Shown here one piece after another: positions 33,658 to 42,475 of a stretch of DNA of 64,000 nt. Every line of letters begins with the position of its first letter. Position 1 is the stretch's first letter. The DNA lies in assembly GCA_046496215.1 (NCBI GenBank), contig JAWOHH010000040.1:27493-91492 (forward strand), in the 5' to 3' direction. The DNA comes from Desulfobacterales bacterium (GTDB lineage: Bacteria; Desulfobacterota; Desulfobacteria; Desulfobacterales; SpSt-501). The notes beneath the pieces were generated by a model. That model saw only the letters and a list, made by a program, of their open reading frames with translations. It did not search any database and was not told the origin of the DNA. Both the position numbers and the translations under genes were made by a program.

Positions 33658-35435
33658 AAGCGCTGGAGCGCCAGGGCGCCACCCTCAAAGCCCTGGGACG
33701 GATCGAGGGCTTCACCTTCGAACTGAAACGTTTGAAGGGCGATCTGGGCGCGCTCACCCTCTGGCGACCCGCGGCGGGTCTTTGCCGGCAGTGCGATGAG
33801 GCCCTGCGCATGATCGAAGGAATCGCCGGGCGGCTGGACCGCAGCCTGGTCGTGACGGTCATCGGGCCCTCCGGGTCAGGCAAATCGACCCTGGTGAACG
33901 CCCTGGCGGGGGGCGATGCGATCTCCCCGACCGGGCATCGCCGGCCCACGACCGAGCGGGTCGTGATCTTCGACCGCAACGGAGAGGATGCCGCCGAGCT
34001 TGCCCGGGATCTCGGCGCCGATGCGGCCGCTGTCCGGGCTGCAGAGGGCGGGCGCCTGCCGGAAGGGATTTGCCTGATCGACACGCCGGACACCGACAGC
34101 ATGGCAAACCGGCGCCACCTGCCGATGCTGGAGCGGGCCGTGGCCCATTCGGATGTGCTGATCTGCGTGTTCGACGCCGAGAACCCCAAGCGCCGCGACC
34201 ACGTGGACACCCTGGCCCCGATCGTCAGGCGCTTCGACGGCGAGTCGTTGGTGGTCGTGCTCAACAAGTGCGACCGGCTGGATGAAGTCGAGCTGCAGGA
34301 GAGGATCCTACCGGATTTCTTGGAGTATCTTCGCAGCGCCTGGGGCGGGGCCGCCGCCGGCGTGCTTTGCATCAGCGCCCGCAGCCACCTGCGCGAACCG
34401 GCCTGGGACCCGGCGGCGGGGCCGCGGCACGGGTTCGACCAGTACGCCGGATTGACCCGGATCGTTTTCGGCGAGATGGGCCGCAGCGGGTTTGCGATCG
34501 ACCGGCGGACCGAAAACGCCCGGCGCCTCCATGATGTCGTGCGCGCGGAGCTCTGGCGCGCGCTGGCCGACGACCGCGCGGCCCTGGAAGAGGCGGGGCG
34601 CCGTCTGAGCGACCTGCACGCCGAAGCCGCGGCGGCGGCCTTGCAGGCGCTGCGCAGCGGCGACGTCCGGCTCCCGCCGGGGATGGGGGCTGCGGTCTAC
34701 CGGCAGCTCGCGCAGCGCTGGGTGGGGCCGGTCGGGTGGGTGCTGGCCCTTTGGGCGCGTCTGCTGAGCTTCGGCAGCGGGGTCGGTTCCGTCCTGCGGC
34801 TCCGCCGCCCGCTGTCTCGCAACCGTCAGGTTTCCTTGGAGCGGCGTTCACAGGCAGGGGAAAACGAAGACGGCCGCCTGAAGGCGGCGATCGACGGCTT
34901 CCGCCTGGCGCTGCTGAAGCGTTGGCCGGATGCTGCGGAGATGCTGGTGCGGGGCCGCTTCGACCCGGCGGTGCGGGCGGCCGAAACGGCCGACGCCTGC
35001 GTGGAGGCATTTTCCGGGCCGCTCACCGCGCTCTGGGCGGAGGCCGTCGAAGCGGAAAGCGCCAGGATCCCCTCGACACTCGGCGGGTTCTGGCTCCAAG
35101 CCCTGTTGAATGCCCCGGTGGCCGGCCTGATCGGCTACGTGGGGTGGGTGGCGGTGGTGAGTTTCTTCCGGGGCGACTACCTCGGAGGGGGCTTTTTCGT
35201 GCACGCGTTCTGGTTGATCGGCATCGCCCTTGCGCTCGGCTTTTTCCTGCTGCAGGTGCTCATCCGGCTGTTCCTGAACCCCGCCCGCATCGCCGGGCGC
35301 GCCGCCCGGCGGTGCGGGCGGGGGTTGACGCCCGGGATGCGCGGGCCGGCCACCGAGCTGAGCGCGCAGCTGCTGACCCTGCGGGGGCTGATGGCGGCGC
35401 TCCTCGACCCCACGGAAGGCGTCTATCGGGTCTGA
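33654..35435 (+). CDS. Membrane-anchored dynamin-like GTPase (paralog 2)
   Basis: G1 is GPSGSGKST, G3-like is LIDTPDTD and G4 is LNKCD. Two C-terminal hydrophobic helices. ATGA overlap with the upstream gene. Confidence 0.75.
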   Translation: MKALERQGATLKALGRIEGFTFELKRLKGDLGALTLWRPAAGLCRQCDEALRMIEGIAGRLDRSLVVTVIGPSGSGKSTLVNALAGGDAISPTGHRRPTTERVVIFDRNGEDAAELARDLGADAAAVRAAEGGRLPEGICLIDTPDTDSMANRRHLPMLERAVAHSDVLICVFDAENPKRRDHVDTLAPIVRRFDGESLVVVLNKCDRLDEVELQERILPDFLEYLRSAWGGAAAGVLCISARSHLREPAWDPAAGPRHGFDQYAGLTRIVFGEMGRSGFAIDRRTENARRLHDVVRAELWRALADDRAALEEAGRRLSDLHAEAAAAALQALRSGDVRLPPGMGAAVYRQLAQRWVGPVGWVLALWARLLSFGSGVGSVLRLRRPLSRNRQVSLERRSQAGENEDGRLKAAIDGFRLALLKRWPDAAEMLVRGRFDPAVRAAETADACVEAFSGPLTALWAEAVEAESARIPSTLGGFWLQALLNAPVAGLIGYVGWVAVVSFFRGDYLGGGFFVHAFWLIGIALALGFFLLQVLIRLFLNPARIAGRAARRCGRGLTPGMRGPATELSAQLLTLRGLMAALLDPTEGVYRV

Positions 35436-35537
35436 GCGCTGCCGTCCGCTCCAGTCAGAATAGTGCTGGGAGCCGGCCCCTGGATGTGATAGGATTCGGT
35501 TCATACCCCCTGATCCTGAAAGGATCGAAGGATTATC

Positions 35538-37406
35538 GTGGCCGGCCGGCCGAAATCGGACGCCGCTGACCATAACGACGACTCCGAAGCGAGGCCGGAC
35601 ATGCTGAATCAACCGCACAGCTTTCACATCCCCGTCATGGGCACGGGGTTCACCATCGACACACCCCTGAAGGTCGCCCGCTACGGGATCTCCTCCGTCA
35701 TATCCCTCGTGGATGACGTGCTCATCGAGCAGGTGCGGAAGTATCACTGCGACCGGCTCGGCGAATCCTTCGAGCCCATTGCGGACGGCGAGGAAGACTG
35801 CCGAGCCCGCCGCATCACCGCCTATTTGGACCTGGTGGATCGGTTGGTGAGACGGCAGGTGAGGCAACTCCAGGCCTCGCCCTTCGAAGAGGGCAGCGAG
35901 ATCACCCGCTACTTCCGCATGCTGCCGAACGGGATCTTGAAAACCGCTTATGAGGCCATGCTGGCTGCGGCCGAAGGGCCGGAAAAGGAGCGCTTGCAGG
36001 CCGGCCTCCGCCCCCTGGCCGTTCCCGGCAACATCGACGTCAACATCATGACCAAGCTCGACGGCGACGCCTACCATGGCGGCCGGAAGCTGGCACCGGA
36101 GTTCTCCCACGCGATGTCCGCCCTGCGAGGTTTTGCCCGCAGCTCCCTGAACTCCGCCATCATATTTTCGGCGGGCATCAATCAGCGCCTCTACCGCTAT
36201 GCCGCCACCTTCGACGACTTCTTTCCCGTTGCGGGCGGGCATTTCAAAAAAACCATCATCCTGAAGGTCAGCGATTTCCACTCCGCCGAGGTCCAGGGCA
36301 AATTTTTGGCCAAGCGCGGGCTTTGGGTCTCCGAGTTTCGGATCGAATCGGGGCTCAACTGCGGCGGGCACGCCTTCGCCACCGATGGCCACCTGCTCGG
36401 GCCGGTCCTCGAAGAGTTCAAGCAGCGGCGATCCGAGCTTGGGGAAACCCTGCGCAACGGCTACCTCAAGGCGCTCGAGGCCCAGGGGCGGCCGATGCGC
36501 TGGGAGCCGGGCAGCGTTCGGGTGACGGTGCAGGGGGGCATCGGAACGGCGGAAGAGAACGATTTCCTGTTGCGGTACTACCTGCTGGAAGGCACGGGCT
36601 GGGGAACGCCCTTCCTGCTCGTGCCCGAGGCGACCAACGTGGACCGGGTGCAGCTCGACAAGCTTCTCAACGTCCGGCCCGGTGACGTGTATCTCAGCGA
36701 CAGCTCACCCCTGGGCGTTCCCTTCTGGAACCTGCGGACCTCGGCCAGCGAAGAGGCGCGGCGGCGGCGTAACGCTGCGGGCCGCCCCGGGAGCCCGTGC
36801 CCAAAAGGCTACGCCGCCTTCAACACGGATTTCAGCGAGGTTCCGATCTGCATCGCCGCCCGGGCCTATATCCGGCGCAAGCTCGGCAAGCTGTCGCAGG
36901 AAGGGCTTTCGGCCGAGCAACTGGATGCCGTCCGGCAGGGGGTGCTCGACAAGTCCTGCCTGTGCAACGACCTGGCCGGCGGCGCCGCGCTGAACTACCA
37001 CCTCGACGACCAGGCCGCTCCGGCAGTCTGCTGCGGGCCCAACATCGTGAACTTCTCGAAACTGGCCTCCCTGGAGGAGATGGTCGGCCACATCTACGGC
37101 CGGCTTTGCCTGCTGGCCAACAGCGAGCGGCCGCACATGTTCGTCGAGGAGATCAGGCTTTACGTGGAGCATCTGCGCAAGGAGGTCTCCTGCTTTTCGA
37201 TCGGCCTGTCCCGCCGCCCCCAAACCTACTTCAGCACTTTCAAGGAAAACCTGCTCAGGGGGGTGGACTACTACCACGACCTCGCACGTCAATTCATCGA
37301 GGAAAAGCGGGGGCGCTTTGTGGAGGAGCTGGAATGCATGCGCCGGGAGATCGAGGCGGTGCTTCTCCCAGCCCCGGTCGAGGCCAGGAACAAGATGGCG
37401 TCCTGA
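35538..37406 (+). CDS. Uncharacterized protein: NMO/FabK-like FMN TIM-barrel motifs plus a Cys-rich C-terminal extension
   Basis: HIPVMGTGFT, ESGLNCGGHAF and VQGGIGTAEEN..GTGWGTPFLLVPEA resemble the nitronate monooxygenase signature. GTG 35538 has an AAGGA SD. Alternative ATG at 35601. Confidence 0.6.
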   Translation: MAGRPKSDAADHNDDSEARPDMLNQPHSFHIPVMGTGFTIDTPLKVARYGISSVISLVDDVLIEQVRKYHCDRLGESFEPIADGEEDCRARRITAYLDLVDRLVRRQVRQLQASPFEEGSEITRYFRMLPNGILKTAYEAMLAAAEGPEKERLQAGLRPLAVPGNIDVNIMTKLDGDAYHGGRKLAPEFSHAMSALRGFARSSLNSAIIFSAGINQRLYRYAATFDDFFPVAGGHFKKTIILKVSDFHSAEVQGKFLAKRGLWVSEFRIESGLNCGGHAFATDGHLLGPVLEEFKQRRSELGETLRNGYLKALEAQGRPMRWEPGSVRVTVQGGIGTAEENDFLLRYYLLEGTGWGTPFLLVPEATNVDRVQLDKLLNVRPGDVYLSDSSPLGVPFWNLRTSASEEARRRRNAAGRPGSPCPKGYAAFNTDFSEVPICIAARAYIRRKLGKLSQEGLSAEQLDAVRQGVLDKSCLCNDLAGGAALNYHLDDQAAPAVCCGPNIVNFSKLASLEEMVGHIYGRLCLLANSERPHMFVEEIRLYVEHLRKEVSCFSIGLSRRPQTYFSTFKENLLRGVDYYHDLARQFIEEKRGRFVEELECMRREIEAVLLPAPVEARNKMAS

Positions 37407-37477
37407 GCATCCCGCCGCTGCCCGCCTGCCGCGAGGCTCAAAACCCATCCGCCGGGCCTTGGACCCCCCCGCTGCGT

Positions 37478-37990
37478 TCAAGCGCGCCCGTCGGGGTTGA
37501 AAATCCCCTCGAACCATTGGATGGAGGCCTCGTCCGCAATTTTCAGGCGCTTGGCGACGGCCGGGGAGAAGACCTTGAAGGTGGCTCTCGCGCGGGCGCA
37601 CACCTCGCCGGAGGCGTCTATCAGGAGCCCCTCGGTCACGGCGTCGTACCTGCCGTTCGTCTGCTTCACCCGCCCCTCGGCCCTCAGTTCATGCCCCACC
37701 CTCGCCGGTTTGACGAATTCGACGTTAATGCTGTGGGTGAGCGCGATTCGTTTCAAGAGGTAGATGGCCGACCAGCTCATGATCTCGTCCAAAATAGTCG
37801 TCAACACCCCGCCGTGGACGATATTGCTCCAGCCGCAAAGATGCTCCGGAACCGTCACGCGGGAATAGACAACCTGCTCGTCGGAGAAAAACCGCATGCG
37901 CAGGCCGGAGGGATTGACCGGGCTGCACCCGAAGCAGTTATGGTTTCCGCTGCGGGGCAGTTCCTTTAGGGGTGAAGGGGGTGTCATCAT
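37478..37990 (-). CDS. PaaI-family hotdog-fold thioesterase with an N-terminal Cys motif
   Basis: NCFGCSPVNP followed by the hotdog core HGGVLTTILDEIMSW. Confidence 0.8.
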   Translation of the reverse strand: MMTPPSPLKELPRSGNHNCFGCSPVNPSGLRMRFFSDEQVVYSRVTVPEHLCGWSNIVHGGVLTTILDEIMSWSAIYLLKRIALTHSINVEFVKPARVGHELRAEGRVKQTNGRYDAVTEGLLIDASGEVCARARATFKVFSPAVAKRLKIADEASIQWFEGIFNPDGRA

Positions 37991-39452
37991 TCGGGTAGAT
38001 GCGGTTGAAAAGGTTCACAGCCATGGCTTCGTCCAGCCTCTGCAGAATTTTGTACTGCTCGAGAGCCCCGGGCGTGTCGCCACGCTTCAGCAGCGCCGCG
38101 CCCATCGCGTGATGCGCAGGGGCGAAATCCGGGTCGACGCGGATGGCCTCGCGGTAGGCCGCCATCTCTTCTCGCGGCCGGCCCAGGTGGCCCATGGCGG
38201 CGCCCATGGCGTGATAGGCCGGTGCGTAGCCCGGGTTGATGCGGATGACGATTTTCTGAGCCTCGATCGCCTCCTGGAAGCGGCCCAACTGGCTGTGGGC
38301 GAGTCCGGCGTTGTAGTGGGCGGGGCCCGCTTCCGGGTTGATCCGGGTGACGGCCTCGAAGGCGTCCTTGCCCTCGGCGTACCGGCCGATCCCCACGTAG
38401 ATCAGCCCCAGGTTGAAATAGGCCGCCTCGAACTGCGGGTTGATGGCGAGCGCCTCCCGGTAGCCGGCAATGGCGTCCTCGTGCCGTCCGATGCGGCTGT
38501 AGAAGTTCGCCAGGCGAAAATGGGCCACCTCGTCCCGGGGGTTGGCCTGCACGGCCTGCCTGAAGGCGGCCGCGGCGTCCTCGGGATGGTCCAGGCCGGC
38601 GTAGCATGAGCCCAAACCGCCCCAGGCCTCGGAGTCGGTCGGATCGGCTTGCGTGGCCTTGAGAAAGTACTCCAACGCCAGCCGGTCCTCGCCCTCGATC
38701 GAGAACTTAAACCCCCGTTGGCACAACTCCTCGGCCACCCGCGGCTTGCTGCCGAGGTGGGTGAAAGCCCACTCGGAAACCGTCATGAGGTTGTCGAAAG
38801 CCCTGAGCGCCGACATCTGCTGCGTCGTCACCGCAAAGTTCAGGTTCTGGCCCTGGACGAACTGGAAGGTGGCGATGCCGAGCACCTGGCCCCTCGCGTT
38901 GACCACCGGGCTGCCGCTGGAGCCCGGCGAGATCGGGGCCGACATTTGAAACACCGGGCCGATGACGGGGACTTCGCGCAGGGAGGAGACGATGCCCTCG
39001 CTCACGGTTTGTTCGAGCCCCATGGGGCTGCCGACCACGACGATGCGCTCGGCGATCTTCGGCAGCCGGTCGCCGACGGGAATCCACGACACTTCCTCCG
39101 GCGGGATGTCCACCTGCAGCTTTAAAAGGTCGGCGGCCTTGTTCTCCGCCAGCACCGCCTTGACGGGATAGGAGTTTCCTTTGGATGTGCGTATATCGGC
39201 CGCGAAGTTGCCGGCGAGCACATGGAAGTTGGTGATCAGATGCCCCCGTGGGCTGACGAAGAACCCGGTTCCGATCCCCGCAATATGGCGCTGCATGTCA
39301 TATGCGATCACCGTGACGACGGCCGGTTGGATTTTTTTGACCAGTCGGGTCAGGTTGGAATCGGCCGCTGCGGGCGCGACCGCCAAGAGCATCATCACCA
39401 TCGCAGCGATCAGTCTGGGGCGTTGGGTCATAAGGGTGCCTGGTTTCATCAT
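37938..39452 (-). CDS. Secreted trypsin-like serine protease (S1C) fused to TPR repeats
   Basis: Signal peptide, TNFHVL (His) and GSSGSPVV (Ser), followed by about 6 TPR repeats (AxxNLGLIY-type). Confidence 0.85.
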   Translation of the reverse strand: MMKPGTLMTQRPRLIAAMVMMLLAVAPAAADSNLTRLVKKIQPAVVTVIAYDMQRHIAGIGTGFFVSPRGHLITNFHVLAGNFAADIRTSKGNSYPVKAVLAENKAADLLKLQVDIPPEEVSWIPVGDRLPKIAERIVVVGSPMGLEQTVSEGIVSSLREVPVIGPVFQMSAPISPGSSGSPVVNARGQVLGIATFQFVQGQNLNFAVTTQQMSALRAFDNLMTVSEWAFTHLGSKPRVAEELCQRGFKFSIEGEDRLALEYFLKATQADPTDSEAWGGLGSCYAGLDHPEDAAAAFRQAVQANPRDEVAHFRLANFYSRIGRHEDAIAGYREALAINPQFEAAYFNLGLIYVGIGRYAEGKDAFEAVTRINPEAGPAHYNAGLAHSQLGRFQEAIEAQKIVIRINPGYAPAYHAMGAAMGHLGRPREEMAAYREAIRVDPDFAPAHHAMGAALLKRGDTPGALEQYKILQRLDEAMAVNLFNRIYPNDDTPFTPKGTAPQRKP

Positions 39453-39574
39453 TGCGTGTCAATATGGAAGAGAATAGTGCCGGAACCGGCATTTTTCAAC
39501 CGGAAGCGCGAAGAGGCGAAAGCCCGGGGCGGCGGGAGCCCCCCCGGGCTTTCCAACGGCCGAGTCGAGGCCGG

Positions 39575-40114
39575 CTATTTCTTCTTGCTGGGTGCGGCTT
39601 TCGCAGGCGGGGGAGTGGGTTTGGGATACTTCTTCAGGTTGGCGACTTTGGTAAAACCGGGCACATGGGCGTAGGACACGGCATGGTAGCTCTCCCCTTT
39701 GTAGAGGATCACCCGGGTGCTGCCGAGCAGCCATGAGGCCCCCTTGGTACCCTCCGATCGGGGCCGCCCGTGGCCCTTGGCAAGAGACGATTTCAGAGCC
39801 TCGAACGTTATCCGGTCGGGATCGAAGAAAACCGTCCCCATGTAGAACTTCTTTTCGTGGAATGCAAACGAAGCGTCCCTGACCGGGATGCCATTCAGGT
39901 TTTTCAGCTTTCCGGAATAGACCGTCTCCTGGGGGATCACATCCGGCACCGCAAGCGTCTGCTCGCTGCAAAGCATGAGCTTTTTGCAATCCCCCTCCGG
40001 CTTTGCCCATTGCAGGCCCGCCAACCCGCCGGGATCGGCTGCTGCGCGCGCATTCCCTGCTGCCAACATCAAAAGAAACCCGATACATGCCAACCAACGT
40101 GCGCTGTGAATCAT
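39575..40114 (-). CDS. Hypothetical secreted protein with a Lys/Pro-rich tail (179 aa)
   Basis: Signal peptide MIHSARWLACIGFLLMLAAGNARA. No recognised domain. It sits between the Hint and protease genes. Confidence 0.6.
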   Translation of the reverse strand: MIHSARWLACIGFLLMLAAGNARAAADPGGLAGLQWAKPEGDCKKLMLCSEQTLAVPDVIPQETVYSGKLKNLNGIPVRDASFAFHEKKFYMGTVFFDPDRITFEALKSSLAKGHGRPRSEGTKGASWLLGSTRVILYKGESYHAVSYAHVPGFTKVANLKKYPKPTPPPAKAAPSKKK

Positions 40115-40172
40115 GTCTCCATCCTTCTGTCCTGTCCGGGTTTGATCGAACCGGTTTCGAGGTTTTCAGTGA

Positions 40173-41081
40173 TCACTTGCCACCGCCGCCACCGCCCGTG
40201 TTGTGGACAAGGTAGCTCTCTTTTGCACCCATGACGAAAAAGTCCTGATGCTCATCGACTTGCAGATTGAACACCTCGACCTCGGCGGCGATGAGCTTTT
40301 TGCTGACGAGGGGGGTCCAGCCTCCGGCGGTTTTCAGCTTCATCCCCGGCTCCAGGTCCTTGGCGCGGACCCAACCGGCGTCGGTCAAGAAGCGGTGCAT
40401 GGCGGTTACGCGGACATCCTCGTTCAGCAGAAAATAGTGGTCTTCCCGTGCACGGAAGGTGTTGAGGATCCGGCGTTGGGCAATCTCCATGTTGTTTTCG
40501 TCGTAGGCGAGCAGCGGTTCACCGGGCGTGAGCGCGGCGATGCTTTTGGTTCCTTGGGGAAGAATGACCCGGGTGTCGGGCGTAAAGCAGCCGCCATCGC
40601 CGGCGAATGTGGATTTCGAGCTTTGCGCCATCGCCTGCTCGATCTCCGCCCGCTCGGCTTTCAATGCGGCTGCGTTCTGATGAAGGTTCTGGATTTGGGC
40701 ATCGATGCTCCTCATCTCGTTTATGGCGATCGTCAGGTTGGCGTTGTGCATGCTGACCATCATCCCGGGGTCGATGGACAGCGTTTCACCGAATTCAGGG
40801 GTAACCGGTGCCCTCGGCCCCCCCGTCAACTTGCCCAGTTCTAAAAGAGATTCGGTTCGCTGGGTTTCCATCATCGCCCGGTCGCTCTGCAGCTTTCCGA
40901 TTTGCTGTTCAATCGATGAGAGTTGGGAGTTGATTGCACTCAGCCGGCCGGAACCCGGATTCTCGGCCGGTGGCGTGGGGGCCAGGTTGCCGAGGGAGCT
41001 CACAAAGCATGCTTCGGTGCTCAGGACCACCGCCGAAACCGCAAACAACGACAACACGAACAATGCCAAAAATCGCCGCAT
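40173..41081 (-). CDS. Secreted coiled-coil protein with a C-terminal Hint (Hedgehog/intein-like, BIL-type) autoprocessing domain
   Basis: Signal peptide MRRFLALFVLSLFAVSAVVLS. Hint blocks GGCFTPDTRVILPQG, VTAMHRF and VFNLQVDEHQDFFV..LVHN, then TGGGGGGK. Start at ATG 41081, 5 nt after AGGAGG. Confidence 0.8.
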   Translation of the reverse strand: MRRFLALFVLSLFAVSAVVLSTEACFVSSLGNLAPTPPAENPGSGRLSAINSQLSSIEQQIGKLQSDRAMMETQRTESLLELGKLTGGPRAPVTPEFGETLSIDPGMMVSMHNANLTIAINEMRSIDAQIQNLHQNAAALKAERAEIEQAMAQSSKSTFAGDGGCFTPDTRVILPQGTKSIAALTPGEPLLAYDENNMEIAQRRILNTFRAREDHYFLLNEDVRVTAMHRFLTDAGWVRAKDLEPGMKLKTAGGWTPLVSKKLIAAEVEVFNLQVDEHQDFFVMGAKESYLVHNTGGGGGGK

Positions 41082-41125
41082 ACGTTCCTCCTGTTGAGTT
41101 TGGTGCATCGACCGGGGTGAGTCTC

Positions 41126-41142
41126 TTCAATTTATATGCCAG
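41126..41142 (-). promoter_or_regulatory. Promoter-like 17-mer CTGGCATATAAATTGAA upstream of the Hint operon
   Basis: Minus-strand TGGCAT-N5-TTGAA (sigma-54-like with a GA at -12). It could instead be read as a TATAAA -10 box. A near-identical 17-mer lies at 42637-42653 (+). Confidence 0.35.
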
Positions 41143-41320
41143 GGTCTGTTTTCGTCTATCTCGCCGAATTCGTTTTGAAACTCAATTGGGTAAAGGTGCA
41201 CGGAGGAAAAAGGGGGGCTCTGAAAATTCAAAATTTTGACAGTCCGGCGATTGCTGCAGCGAAGAAACACATAAATCACCGCATCGGCAGGGCTTATTCA
41301 CGGAGTTCCCGACCTATCTC

Positions 41321-42475
41321 TCAATCCGCTCCTATCAATATTTCCTCTATCTCACGTGCCGCCAAATCGACCGGGTTGCCCCGCATGCTGCTGGCCTGCC
41401 GGGCGCGTTCGATCAGCACGTCCACCTCTTCCGTTGAGAACCCGTAACTGGACAGCAGCGGAATGCCGAGACGGGTTCTCAGCGTCCGCAGCCATTGCAC
41501 CCCCTCTTCTGGTTCGGCCAGGGTGTTTCCGGTCAGGATCTCCGCCGCCTCTTGATATCGAGCAAGGGCCGGCGATTCAGGGGCCCGTTCGCGGAGAGCG
41601 TTGATGTTGACGGCTGCCGCAGCCGGCAGCAGCCGGCCGCAGACGGCGCCGTGGGGCGCGGGGAACATGCCGCCGAAAGGTCCGGCGATGCCGTGCACCG
41701 CGCCCAGCCGGGCGTTGGCGAGGGCCAGTCCGCCAAACAGGCTGGCGATGCACATGTCCTCGCGCGCCTGCCGGTCGTTGCCGTCGGCGAAGGCGGCCGC
41801 CAGCGAGCGGCCCGCCCGGCGCAGGCCCTCGCGGCAGATCCCATCCGTCAGCGGGTTGGCGTGGCGGCCGACAAAGGTCTCTATCAGCTGGGTCAGGGCA
41901 TCGAAGCCCGTGGCGGCCGTGAGCGCCGGCGGCATGCTGTACGTCAGCTCCGGGTCCACCAGGGCCAGCCGCGGCAGCATGAACGGGCTGCGCAGGCTGA
42001 TCTTGATCCGGTGCTCCGGCGACCCCAGAACGGCGTTGCGGGTCACCTCCGAACCAGTGCCGGCGGTCGTGGGGACAGCGATGAACGGGGCGGAGGGCAG
42101 GGTGAGCGGCCGGGCCTTGCCGATCACCTCGAGGTGCTCCATCAGGTCGCCCCCGTTGGCGAGCATGGCGGCGATCGCTTTGCCCGCGTCGATGACGCTG
42201 CCGCCCCCGATGGCCACCACGACGTTGCAGCCGAACTCCCGGGCATGTTCGATGCCGGCCTCCACCAAAGTCGTGGTCGGCTCGCCGCTCACCGGTAACA
42301 AGGCCTGCATGACGTGGTGGTGTTCCAGCTGTGCGCGCATTTCCGCGCAGCGTTCAGGCCGCGCGCCGGTCAGGACCAGGGCGCGGCGGCCCAGCGCGGC
42401 AACTTCGCTGCCGATCCTGCGGGCCGCGCCGGCGCCGAATACGATTCGCCCGGCCGTGGCAAACTCGAACTCCAT
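41321..42475 (-). CDS. Iron-containing (group III) alcohol dehydrogenase
   Basis: GGGSVIDAGKAIA and a His-rich metal site (AVHGIAGPFGG..PHGAVC). Confidence 0.9.
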   Translation of the reverse strand: MEFEFATAGRIVFGAGAARRIGSEVAALGRRALVLTGARPERCAEMRAQLEHHHVMQALLPVSGEPTTTLVEAGIEHAREFGCNVVVAIGGGSVIDAGKAIAAMLANGGDLMEHLEVIGKARPLTLPSAPFIAVPTTAGTGSEVTRNAVLGSPEHRIKISLRSPFMLPRLALVDPELTYSMPPALTAATGFDALTQLIETFVGRHANPLTDGICREGLRRAGRSLAAAFADGNDRQAREDMCIASLFGGLALANARLGAVHGIAGPFGGMFPAPHGAVCGRLLPAAAAVNINALRERAPESPALARYQEAAEILTGNTLAEPEEGVQWLRTLRTRLGIPLLSSYGFSTEEVDVLIERARQASSMRGNPVDLAAREIEEILIGAD

